A DNA stretch of 64,000 nucleotides. Origin: Dipteris shenzhenensis (Eukaryota). Position 1 is the stretch's first letter. Each line of letters begins with the position of its first letter. Position numbers and translations under genes: made by a program. The notes beneath the pieces are model-generated. The model had not been told where the DNA came from. It saw only the letters and a program-made list of their open reading frames with translations, and did not search any database. Shown piece by piece: positions 22,480 to 35,600 of the stretch. The stretch lies in the NCBI GenBank assembly GCA_047967505.1, contig CM106538.1, one strand, 5' to 3'.

Positions 22480-22685
22480 TCTTCTTGGATTAGAAAGAGA
22501 GAGACATCCTTCACAAGACTATGTATGGGCTGAACAGGCCTGGAGAGCTTGCTACTAGAACTACTTCACAGTCCCACTTGTAATTTGTTGGATGCGAGCC
22601 TACATCTTGCACAAGACGGAAACAAGATTTGATGGCCATCTTTGTGTATGTAGATGACTTGATCATCACCATGATCACATTAGGG
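22480..22685 (+). pseudogene. Copia RT remnant
   Basis: Degenerate KTMYGL...AWRACY and AIFVYVDDLII. Confidence 0.65.
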
Positions 22686-23225
22686 TGATTCACTAGAATG
22701 GAGGCACAAGGGCCTTACAACCCTGCCTTAGGCGTTCAACCACCATCCCCTCCAATTATTGCCAGGGCCACCCTTCAAACATTGGTATTTTCCCAGCCGG
22801 GTTTTGGCAATTGGGATACTTACCTCTTTGTGGGGTCGATATGTGCAGATCTGGGGCAATTATCAGCCTTCATGTTAGTGCACATAGGTTCGTTTTGATT
22901 TGAAGGGAAGACCCTTTGTCTATTTGAATGAAGAAACTCACTATCTTAATGTGAACATATATTTAAGCATGGGGAGCTGCAACTGGCTTTCAGATTTCAG
23001 AGCATGCAACATGGTTATGATTTGAAGTTTTTGAGTGAGACTCTTGTTTGAAATCTGATGACCACAGCACATTTGTTTTTGTTGTGATGATAAAGTTGCG
23101 AAAACCTGATGCTTTCATCAGATTTATCATTGAAAATCATTAACTCCAGGCTACAAGGAGGTACGTGATATTTTTCAAATATTGATTTCTTTAACATAAT
23201 AATGACAGTGGGCCTTTATTTTCAG

Positions 23226-23823
23226 ATTAAAGTCTCTCTCTCGCTGGAAGGAGGACGGACACCTGAAGGTATCAGATTTTTTAAATGTGGAGAAGGCAGA
23301 AGCTGTGGAATTCGGCCAGACAGGTGAAGGAGACTCTCCTCAAACAAGCTTAAGCACCCATAGCAAATACCAGGACGATGATAATGAGGCTTCCTCTAAA
23401 GATATGGACTCAGAGAAGCTTTGTCAGCAGCACATGCAAAAGCTTAAGGAACTTGTGTCACAGCATCATGGGGTTCTTGAAGATGACTGGAAAGTGGCCG
23501 TCAAGAAGCGGATGAGTTCTGGGAAAGCTTATGATGTTACATTCTATTCTCCAGATGGGCAAAAGTTTCGGTCTAGGCTGGAGGTTGCCAGATATTTGGG
23601 CCTTCTAGAGCAGAAGAGGGGAGACACGAATTCTAGAGAGTGGTCCTCTCCTGTTCCTCGATCAAGGAAAAGAAAGGAGTTGGCAAGGAGCCAAAAACAG
23701 GCTTATTTGTCAGAGGAGGATGACCAAAGTGATGATGAATCTCTCGACCTTGCAAAATGCAGAAATAGTGAGACACCTCGGGATTCTGAATTTCCAGATC
23801 CTTCTACTGATGTGGAGATTCAG
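23226..23823 (+). CDS. MBD9: MBD9 exon, MBD domain
   Basis: ttcag|A acceptor, CAG|gtgat donor; WKVAVKKR...YDVTFYSPDGQKFRSRLEVARYLG. Confidence 0.88.
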
Positions 23824-24182
23824 GTGATCCTTCCTTGTCATAGCTTGCATAAAGTCTTGTATCTGATACTGAGCAGTTGGGACTTATCCCTGCTTTGTAT
23901 GCTTGAAATGGTAGAACTCGGTGTGTGTGTGTCTGTGTGTGTATTCACGAAAAAAGAAAAGAAAAGTGTGTGTCTGTGTGTGTGAGGATATACATATGTT
24001 TACATATGTTGTTGCATGTTTTACGTATCTAATACTGTACATTCCTGCTTTTGTGTTTTTGTACGTGTAGAGCTATGTGTGTGTGTGTGACATATGTTTT
24101 ACATATACAGATGTTCACACATGTCCACATATCCACATACACAATGTCTATATGTATACAGTATATATATGTATGTATATAC

Positions 24183-24237
<55 letters not shown>

Positions 24238-24537
24238 AAAGTAAAAGAGAGGGTAGTCCATGTCCTTTGTCTTAAAATGAGTTCTAATGGATTCTAATGG
24301 GTCTCAAATATTCAAAAATTCAGTATCTTCATGACCACGATTCTATTTGATGTGCAATTTTTTAAATCAGCGTGCCCTCTAATCATTCTGCTACTTCAAG
24401 TTTAGAGTTATATATATCTACATACATACATACGTACGTACGTACATACATACACTTATATCTCCACACATACATATATACATACATGTGCGTGTGTGTA
24501 TTTCTATGTATGTATGTGTATATATACATATATTTAT

Positions 24538-24580
<43 letters not shown>

Positions 24581-27500
24581 ATATGATTGTATGAAAGTCC
24601 TTTTGAGACCTTCAGGATCTATGGTACTACCGATCACTATCAACAAATAGTGATATTTTACATCCGGTGAAATATTAGACTGCTATTAGTTAGTACTTGT
24701 CGGGCTACTTTGTGTGCTAGCCCAAGTACTTCGTTATAGTGCTCCAAAAACTTCTTTTAGATAGCTTCCTAGCTTTGTAGCTGGCTGTTCCAATAGATTT
24801 TTCAGGCTGCCTCTGCTGTCATCATACCGTTCTCTAATGTGTGCATAGGCCCGGCATCTTACGAATACATGCTGCTTATTTTGCACCTCTCTTGTGGGGC
24901 AGATTTTGCATATTATTCCTTCTCTTGGGACCCTTGGTCATGTCCACCTTCCCTTCTCCACTTCCAGGTCATGTGAGCTGGTTCTCATTTTAGGTATCAG
25001 ATGCCTTTTGAACATGAATATGTCTTCCCCAAGGTATTTCTGCATCCCATAGCTATCCATTGGATTAATTTCCTGTTTATAGAACTGCATTTTTGCAGCT
25101 AGGTCTTGCCATAGTTTCTTTAGCATCTTTTCAGTCACAAGCTCTTTGATCTCACATGTATCTTCTGATATATCAGCAGCTGTTATACCCCATAATTCCG
25201 TCCATTTCGTCTCTTCTCGGTGCCTTCTAGTGGTTTGTGTAGCTTCCAATACCTTGTGAGGTATCTTGCTAGCATCGATCTTCTCAACTTTGTTGAAATA
25301 AGCCATGAATTGGCATTAACTTTATCCCTCGAGAGATATCATGCCGGTCTCCCTAGTAGGATGGGGTAGGGTGTCTAATTCTTATCCCCCAATTCCCCTC
25401 TGAGGAATCTTTTATGTAAAGTTTCTATTTTTTTCTGGTAGGTCCTAGAGAGCCTGGGAGACCATGCTGGACACCCATAAAGTATCACTATTTGTACAAG
25501 CATGGTGTATAGAAACTTTCTTATTCCCAAATTCCACAGCTTTGCATTCCTGCACTTGTTTTAAAGTTGAGAAGAAAGAAAGAAAGAAAGTTTATTAAAG
25601 TCTTTGCAAGACTGATGGGTCTATGAGACTGTGAAAATCCTGGTACAAACGAGTTGTGAGGGTGGAGCTACTAAAGAAGCATCCACACCAATGCAGAATG
25701 CAAAAAACGAGCATCCTCTCTCTTGGCTACCTGTTGGGGCTCTGTATGCTCCTTCTCTCCTGCCCGTGGTCCTCCTGCATTCTCTATCTTTCTCTCACTC
25801 CAGCTTGTTCTCTCTCTCCCTCCTAGCTGCTCATTTCTCATGCATACCCTTGCCTGGTGGATTTGCTACCCTTGGAGGTGTTCGGGATGAATTCAGCTAC
25901 CTGGAGCTGATTTGGAACCATTTGGAGTGATTTGAAGATGGTTTGAGTTCTCGTGTCCCTATCCCTTTCATTTTACTTGCATTTGGTCATTTTGGAAGCT
26001 TGTTGTTGCTCTTTTGCTGTGGGAAGCCCCCTCTTGTCCATTCAGGTTGTGAATAGACACCTAGTTACAGAGGGTGTAACCAGACTGGAGCCTGAGGGGT
26101 AGTGTGTGGATTTCTTCCTGTATTGAGGTCACTTGTTCAGTGTGAGAACTGTGTTGATGAATTGTCGCCCTGAGACTCTAGAGGCTGGTTAGTGGATTGT
26201 GGAATTGCCAGACCCTTAGAGGGACAGTTTGGATGCATTTCAAGCCTTGAGGCTGTTTGAGCATTTTTGGAATTTGGTTGTGATGCCTTGACATTCTCAG
26301 TTGGGCACTGTTGTGGAAAATGCCTTAGTTTTGACCTTGGCACTCGGGTACTAGTGGTGCATTGGAATTGGATGCAGGCAGAGACCAAGTGTTGGCTCTG
26401 GCAGTGGAAAATGCAAGAAGAATGGTGCAAGGGTGCGCCCTTGTTGTACATCAGAATTCCACTTTTGAAGAATTAAATAAATACCGAAAGGGGCACCAAA
26501 GTGTTTGGGGCCAATGTGGTGTCTCGTGTTTGGTTCCATTGAGCAGGGGCACCCTAGCCTCCAACCAGTTTCTTTTCACAGTTGTTTCTAAGTCGTTTTG
26601 TGTGTAATGAAGTGGCTGAAAGATATGTCGAAAGGGGTGCCAAAGTGTTTGGGGCCAGTGTGGTGTCTCGTGTTTGGTTCCATTGAGCAGGAGCAGTCTA
26701 GCCTTCAACCAGTTTCTTTTCAAAGATGTTTCTAAGTGGTTTTGTGTGTAATGAAGTGGCTGAAAGATATATCGAAAGGGGCGCCAAAAGTGTTTGGGGC
26801 CAATGTGGTGTCTCTCTTGCCAGAGGGTGTAACTAGATTGGAGCAAGAGGGGCAGTGTGTGGATTTCTTCCTGTATTGAGGTCACGTATCTAGTGTGAGA
26901 AGTGTGTTGATGCATTGTCGCCTTGAGACTCTAGAGGCTGGCTAGTGGATTGTGGGATTGCCAGACCCTTAGAGGGACAGTTTGGATGCATTTCAAGCCT
27001 TGAGGCTGTTTGAGCATTTTTGGAAATTAGTTGTGATGCCTTAACATTCTTAGTTGGGCACTGTTGTGGAAAATGCCGACCCTGGCACTCCGGTATTAGT
27101 GGTGCATTGGAATTGGATGCAGGTAGAGACCAAGTGTTGGCTCTGGCAGTGGAAAATGCAAGAACGGTACAAGGGTGCGCCCTTGTTGTAATGCAGAATT
27201 CCACTTTTGAAGAATTAAATAAATACCGAAAGGGGCGCCAAAGTGTTTGGGGTCAGTGTGGTGTCTTGTGTTTGGTTCCATTGAGCAGGGGCACTCTAGC
27301 CTCCAACCAGTTTCTTTTCAAAGTTGTTTCTAAGTGGTTTTGTGTGTAATGAAGTGGCTGAAAGATATGTCGAAAGGGGTGCCAAAGTGTTTGGGGCTAG
27401 TGTGGTGTCTCGTGTTTGGTTCCATTGAGTAAGGGCAGTCTAGCCTCCAACCGGTTTCTTTTCAAAGAATGTTTTTAAGTGGTTTTGTGTGTAATGAAGT

Positions 27501-29651
27501 GGCTGAAAGATTTATCGAAAGGGGCACCAGAGTGTTTGGGGCATGGTGTCTCGTGTTTGGTTCCATTGAGCAGGGGCACTCTAGCCTCCAACTAGTTTCT
27601 CTTCAAAGTTATTTCTAAGTGGTTTGGTGTGTAATGAAGTGGCTGAAAGATATGTAAGCTGGCTGTAATTGATGTGGATATCCCTTTAGTCATAGTTTAT
27701 TTCCCTTTAGTTTACTGAAGGCCGGTTTTAGGGGGGATCTAGGCATTATTGATCCAGAGACACAGAGCAGAGTCTTCAGCAAGTTGGTGGTACGGGGACT
27801 CACTCCAGGCCAGGAGACCTAGAAGCTATTGTGACAGCGTGGGCTTCTCAGGAATGCTCCCCGCACTGGTGGTCATTGACAGACGTCCTATAGATGGATC
27901 TTCTCAGTGGCTCCTCTCACGGGGAAGGGCTCACTCTCCCTTGATGAGAAGCCTTTTAGGGTCTGGAAGTGCTCGTCTCCAGGTCTTATTTGGGCCAGCC
28001 CCACTTGTCTTGAGTAGTTCGATAGACAACCACTTTTGTGGCATTCCGAGGTACGGGATTCAGATGAATGCAATTTGGGTCAGCGGACACATATTGGTTC
28101 GGCACAGTGGATAACAGCATTGCGATATCTTTTGGGATGTGGAGGCAGCTCCCTATGGATGAGGAGGACAAGAGTAGGCACTTTCTTATATGCGAGTTGT
28201 AGGTGCCAAGGCGGTAGAGATAGATGCAACGATACCAGACTCATGGTGGGAGGGGTTGAGCACCACATGGACTCCACATTGTTGGTCGGGGTAGTTTTCT
28301 AGGGATGGAGTGCCTCCTAGGGTACAATTTCTCAAGCAAACAATTGAGATCGGGTTCCTTTTGGCGCAGGTATTACTGGGTAGGCAAGGGGGGACCTGTT
28401 GACAACAGAGCTTGACAGAGACTGTTGGGATGAGGAGGGACTTACCTGGCAGTGGCGGATCTGGATTGTGCATGGTTGGGGCAAGAAGGGACTACACTGG
28501 AGACTCTGGTTGTGGGGGTGCCGTCCCCTTAGGGATATCCAGTGGGATCCAGTGGTTTTGCCCCGCTTGCGTGGGGCTTTCAGACAAAGTGGAGGAGGTG
28601 CCTTTCTTCTCCTACACGACACGTATTGGCCGCCACCTGTAGTTGCAGGTAGCAGCCTGGACTCCCTCGAGGGAGTGCCATTGGGTAGAGTAGGAGGTGC
28701 CTAGAGAGGTCATCTCCCGTATCAAGTCGTGCCTTTGGAGTAGCATGCGACCTCTAACTTCTTTTGAATGGTAAAAGTTGCGGAGCAGATGCGGGTGGAC
28801 GGCAAATGCCGCTGCTGTATGGACGGAGTGATGGAGACGATTTCTCTTACTCTCTGTGGCTGCCATGTAGCGTAGCGGATCTGGTCAGTAGCTTTGAGGT
28901 TAGTGGCCAGCATTCATCGAATGGAGCGAGACTTCACCTAGGGGATGGCCGCGTGGCTCATAGAGGGAGGGCATGCGTTTTTGATCCCACTGCTCCAGCC
29001 TTCCGGATTCAGGGCCAGATCGTGGCCAAGATTCTCCTAGCCAACAGCCTCGCTAGCATCACTACCCAGCATTTCTGGGTTACCCCTTGCAGTTGGGTGA
29101 TGGGAGGACAACAGACTACTCTAGTGGCCCCTTTGCTCGCCATTTGGTAGGACATCATCTACACCCTTTGGGCCATTTGGGAGCTAGGGACTCTGAATTC
29201 TAGAGCGACCGCCGAAAGGTGGGAGCGTTTTTGCAAGGCTTGGCATGTAGGCATTTTCTATATCCTCACTGTGAGAGGTATTCGCTGGTTGTATAGCCTG
29301 CCACCATGGTTGTTAGCCCCTATTCTAGAGATTCCCTAGGTTTATGTTGGGTTCTTAGGAAATAGGTTGGCCCTTTTATGGTGAGCAACCAGTTCTTTCC
29401 ATGGTCAGCACCATCTGTTGGTTATGCTGATTTGTATGGGTGTTTTAAAAGCATAAATAGAAGTTCCTTTTCTTTTGGGGAAAAAAAAATTGAATCAGCC
29501 GAAACCCATGCCCCTCTTGGAAGAGGCAGTGGTACCATACTCGGATCCGATAATAAACTAGGCAGACGCTCCTTTGTCTCCACCTCCTCTAGTGTGCATA
29601 ACCTGCAAGTCTGCTGCTCTCTAGGAGTGCCAGTGGCTTTCAGCTGATGGG

Positions 29652-29689
<38 letters not shown>

Positions 29690-32600
29690 GAGAGAGAGAG
29701 AGTGAGAATCCATTAATGTCCATGGGAGACCAATAGGTCTAGGGTACAGTTAAAAAAACAGCTAATACGTCCGCGTAGGGAGGACACAGGGCAGCTCCCA
29801 AGGAGAAATTTGTTAAAATTATGGAATCGTCTTTGGTAGTGGTTGATGACTGACAAGGTGTCATAATAGTGGGGAGTTACAATAGCTTTCAAGATAGCCT
29901 TTAGAAATTGCCATTATATGAAGCTATCCGAGGCTGCTGACGTATAAGGGTGTTGTAGTGTCCAGAAATAGATGCAACATATGTTGTTGATATGGGCTGG
30001 CTATTTCACAACTAAGTTGTAGACTGTGAAATACATGTTCTTTACCATAAAATTTGAAATACTCTGTGAGACGAATTTATAACGTATGAATGACTATAAG
30101 ATACATGTTTATCCTAGAAAGTATGTACTGTGTGGGCCATGCTAGCCATCATCCAAATTCTATTTGCTTTAAATGTGTGAATTTAATCTAATGGCATTGC
30201 TTATTTTTGAGTCTCAAAGTCTTTAGTAAGTCGGTTTGATTTCCCAGGTTTTGTGGATTTAACAATTTGCCTGTCAGCAGATGGCATTTGAAATGATGTT
30301 GTTGGGTTTAGCTCTGACAAGCGTTTGCTCCCTCCATTTTGGTGGCGCTTTGGATTGCAGCTACCGTTACAGTGCATGGACTTGAAGGTTGAGTCTTTGG
30401 GTGTTGTTGTACTGCGACCTGGATATTATGACGACAATAATATATGGCCTGTAGGGTATCGTTGCCTATGGCATGATGCAGTAACTGGCTCTATCTGCAT
30501 CTCTGAAGTACTAGATGGTGGGCCATCTTCCCCGATATTCCGAATTACGAGGATGCCGTGCTTTGTTGATTCAGATATTTGCAACAGCAATAACATCCGA
30601 CAACAGGAATATACTGATCGGCCAGAGAGAAGCATCAATAAACTCCCAATAAATAATTTCAATTCCAAAGACTGCTTGCCAGGAAACTGCTATACTGCAC
30701 CAGATGTTCATGTTGCGAAATACCAAAAATGCCAAGATATAGGTAGGGGCAAGGCTGTAGATGTGGGGATTACTTCTAGGCCGAAATCTTTCGATGGAGA
30801 AAAGCTGGACGTGCAATACAAGCATGTCTATGATGAGGAGGATGAACTGAGGATCCTCCTCGGGACCCTTGGCAGCTTTACTCCAGGTTATATGTCTTCT
30901 AATCCAAAGGTCTTAGGATGGACAGCAGGAAATGAAATGTGGTATGAAGAACATCAAAACCAAGAAAGAGCTGACTACCAGGAGGGACCGAAGCCTGCAA
31001 AATGTGCCAGCAACAAAGAGTCAGACTATGTGAGTGCAGTTGACTGGAGTAAGGAAGATGTCATGGAAAACAAAAGAATTGAGGCTGAAACACAGCCGTT
31101 ACTAGAAAACTGTGCTGGGAGTCTAGATACCAAAGCACCATTGATGTCTGATAAAATTGGAAACATAGTTGTGGAGAGCTCTTCCTCATTGGGAGCATGG
31201 AGATTATTTGCTGTAGAGTTTTTAGAACGTTTCAATAAATCATTTGGAGAAGCAGGATTTCAGTTTGGATGCAAACATTTGGAGAGTTTGTTGTCAAGTC
31301 CATTGGGGTTCTGTTTGCCTGATTTTGTGCAAGGTTTGATTAGAGGAAGGCCAGGAGGTGGGCAAGATGACTTTGAGACAATTTGCTCTAATGTGAAGGG
31401 ATGGATTGGGCAAGACCGATTTGGTTTTGATATTCCTGTTGTGCAGAATTATCTCAGAGCTGCAAAAACTAGATTGCAAGCAGTGCGCCCTCCACCACCG
31501 CATGGGTTGCCCATTGGTCAAAAAGTGCCGGCAGAATTTATTGGTGATTTGCTTCAGGTAACTTGTAATTTTATGAAGTCTAGTTGTAGAGTTATAGGAG
31601 TTTCTTGTTTTCTTTTTAATTCTAGACTTACCTGCTTTCTCCGTCTGTCTGTAGATTTGGGAGTTTCTATGTCGTTTTTCAGAAGTTCTTGGTCAAAAGG
31701 ATCCTCCTTCTTTGGAAGAGCTAGAGGAAAGCATATCTGATCCATTGCAATTTGGTGTAGCAAAGGACAATGGTAATTACAAGAAAGAAAATATTCTGAC
31801 TGTTGGAAAGCTTGCTGATCAAGGGAAAAAAAACTTATCGGAGGCTTTGGATCCTTGTCCTAAAGAAGATTTGGCGACAAAGGGCTCCAATGAGGTGCAG
31901 GATCGAAAAGTTGGGTCGAGCTCTGAGATAGGTGTACAGTTGTTCAAGTCAAAAAGACTCTCAAAGAATAGTTCTTCTATGACCACAGGTTTCTGTAACG
32001 TGGCATCGGCTGCCTCGCACATTTCATTATTGAAGATAGCATTGTCTGATTTCCAACAAAAGGTGTTTGTCAGTGTTCCTGATTTGAACATCGAAACAAA
32101 GCGAGGTAAAAAGAAGGATGGAGAAAAGAAGGATGGGGAATCAGGGATGGCCTCAAAGAGACAAGCAGGCTCATTACTCCCTTTGAATGAGCTAACCTGG
32201 CCTGAAGTAGCAAGGCGATATGTCATTGGCTTGTTAGCTTTGAGTAATTGTGTAGAAAATACTGAGATGAATGTCCAGGAGCGTAGGAAGATATTACGAT
32301 GCATACAGGGAGACGGTGGGGTGCTTTGTGGTGCCCTTGATGGTGTGGCGGCGATTGAGGCTGACACTCAGGTGAACTCTCTTTGGGACTTCCTTGTCAA
32401 ATCACTGCTTCGGTTATAAGGCTAACAGGATTTGCTTATATATTAAGGAAGTTGCCTTTCCCCTTCATATCAATTTGGAAATCCTATGTTATTTTGTGTG
32501 GTGACACTTTTTCCTTTGATTAAATGCCTAACAACTACTTTGGTCATAGCAAGTGTGCTTTCTGCCTCCGGGAAAGAAAGAGAAGGTCAGCTTGTTGGTC

Positions 32601-35600
32601 TTTGTCTAATGTTATGAATTCTAAAGTAATCATGCTCTATGCTCAGACATAGGGTTGGTTGGTGATGACATAATGCCACTGCATGATGAAATTCAACAAT
32701 TTAAAGCTTCATGAGCAGACTATCTTGAATCGATGACCATCTGTTTTGTTTGTGCTCAATATATTGTGGAAATTTATGAGCTTTCCATCAACGGTCCTTT
32801 TTGCCATCAGTATACCCAATTCTTTCCTGTACTCAAACCGGAATTATTGAAACCAAGTCAGAAGCTTCATGCTTATATGGGTTTCCAAGGATGCTACAAT
32901 TTTGGAACTCTGTACATAATATGTTGAATATTCTTAGAGCATGAGTCACATCTGTGTTTCATTGAATATTTCCCAAACATGAGTCACATCTGTGTTTTCA
33001 TTTCTGTCCATAAAGGCACCTATCTTGCCTATACATTATTTCAGCATTTTGGGAAAAGTGAGATGTAAAGCTGTCATAAAGTCATCTAGACATTGGTATA
33101 CTTACACTCAGGGAGCAGGGGAGGGAAGAGATGTGGAAATCTCTAAAGTTGTGAGTGCTCAATATTAGGAGTTAAGAGCTTGTTGGTGCTATAACCTATT
33201 AGGAGTCAAGAGTTTGTTGGGGATAGAGAATGTGGACTACTTTTTGATTAGCCTTCTCCTTTAGTGCTAGCCTCTGTCACGGCTAAGTTTGCCCTTCACC
33301 TCTGGAGTGCCGACAGAAACTGAGTATGAAGACCTTTGTATAAATGGTTGCTCAAGTATGTGTGGGTGTGTGGAGTATGCATGAGAGTGTATGTTTATAC
33401 TATGGTCTACACCCACTGTTGGGCGCTGATGATGTCAGTGGGGATGTCATAGGAGCTAGTCCTTGCTATGCGTGATGGAGTTTATTGTTTTCATTCTTAT
33501 GAGTGACTATCATGAGATTGAAACTGCACACTGTGGTGTGTTTTAAGAGGACGAGTTTGGGCATGTCCTGGATTCATCTTTGATATGTGCTATGACCCTA
33601 TTTTTCATCCGTCATTTGATAAAATGATAGTATTTTACTTGGTTGGAACTTAATTGCAAATGTGCTGGATATTATGAGTTACAGACTTGTGTGGGAATAG
33701 AGGTGCCACAAGCCTATTTCTCATCCATCATTTCTGATTGGCACATAAATGATTTTGTTTCGCTTGGTTGGAACTTAGTTGAAATGGTTAGAAGTACAAG
33801 CAAATAGTATGGAGTCGGCATCAAGGTAGTCTGGTGTTTCTCGAACATATATGTTCTCATGCTTTGTAGGTGCAAACAATTGCTAATCTTATACTCTTTG
33901 ACTTGTAATGGCTGTATTGGAAAGTGTGTTCTCTTTCGGCTCATTTATTTGTTGGGATGTACTTGGGAAAAAATGGAGTCTAAAATTTCATTAATGTTAT
34001 TCTGGTGTTTATCAAAGGCTTTTATAATGATGTTGAGAACATGTAAAAGAAGTGTTAGTTTTAGACATTTTGTCCCTTTTCGCTCATTTGTTCTCTCTTC
34101 TACTTGCTTTACTGTTCAGATGCTTGCAGAAGCAGAAAAGCGGGTATCTCACAGGTTACAACTTATAAAAGCAGACCAGAAATGTGGTTCAGAAGCTCTC
34201 GACACGAAGGAACCACAGGAGATGCCTCCGGGAAACAATTCAAAGAAGCCTCCTTGGGCGAATGCTCTAGAACCTGTTCGGAAACTTGCTACAAACGTTG
34301 GTGCAAGAATTAGGAATTGTATACGAGATGCACTGGAATTGAATCCTCCAGATTGGGCAAGAGAGATGCTAGAATGGTCAATCAGCAAAGACGTTTATAA
34401 AGGCAATGCATCAGGTCCAACCAAGGTAACATGCAGTTAGTAGGGCTGAGCTTAACCAACTCTTTAAATGTGCTATGTTGACTTTCAGGCATGGCTTTTT
34501 GAGAACTTGTACTGATTTAGATTGCTGTACTGTTTCAGCGAGCTGTTTTGTCAGTGCTGGAGCAGGTAAATGATGAAAAACAGAGACCACCATCAAAAGC
34601 AGAGCCGAAGGTAGTGTATGTTGTTCCCACTCCAGCTCTTGTCATGCGACGGTGCCGTGTAATTTTGCGTGAAATCATCACTACAGATGACGTACGTATA
34701 TTCTGCAACTCCCTCGGAGGAATGGTTTTGGGCTATGTTGAAAATGAAGAAGACAACATTGAAGTACCACTACCACTGGTTACTCGTCCTCTTGATTTTA
34801 GAATCATCGACTCAAGATTGGCTGCTGGGGCATATGGGGATTCACATGAATCATATGCAGCAGATATGCAGCAGGTTTTTCTTAAATCTGAACTTAGAAG
34901 CTCCCTTTGAATGCAAAAAATGAAACATTGTTGGATTAATAAACACATTGTTAAGAGATTTGAGTGTTCCAGTCATCCCAAAATCACCTTTGAAATGTTG
35001 GAGCAAAGATGTTTTGAGGGTGATGACTGATAATATTTATTAAAAGAAAGTTGGCAATGTAGTGATTTTTTGTGTTGTTTTTGTTTTTCTTTGCAGCTTT
35101 TTCGAAATGTTCCCATTGTTTTCCACAACCGAGAAGATTTGATAAAAGTGGGCGAATCTATGTCTCAGCGGTTCGAAACTCTGTATGAAGAGAAGGTATA
35201 CAGATGAACAATGTTAACTGTGTTTTTATTAGTTTAGCTTTCTGTCGAGACAATGTCCATACCAATCACTTGTTTCTATCGCAACCATAGAGAAATAGCA
35301 GCTAATTCAGCATGCTCATTCTAATATTACAAATGTTACAAACGTCCATGCAGGTGATAAAGTTGATTAACAGAAAAGAGGAAGCAAAAGAAACATCAAG
35401 CCGGAGGCTAACATCTGAATCCAAGAATGATATCGAAAAGGAAGTAGGACCAGATGAGGAGCTTATGAAAGCTCCTTGGGAGGAGGGAGTCTGTAAAATT
35501 TGTGGAATTGATAAGGATGATGACACTGTCCTTCTCTGTGATACATGTGATGCTGAGTATCATATATACTGTTTGGAGCCCCCTCTTTCCAAGATTCCAG

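Noticed and set aside
23287-23985. ORF-track start and end as a stand-alone MBD gene
   Set aside because: It has a GTG start inside an exon and runs through the donor at 23824 into intron and microsatellite sequence.
26480-27655. CRISPR-like array
   Set aside because: Eukaryotic context; the monomers are contiguous with no unique spacers.
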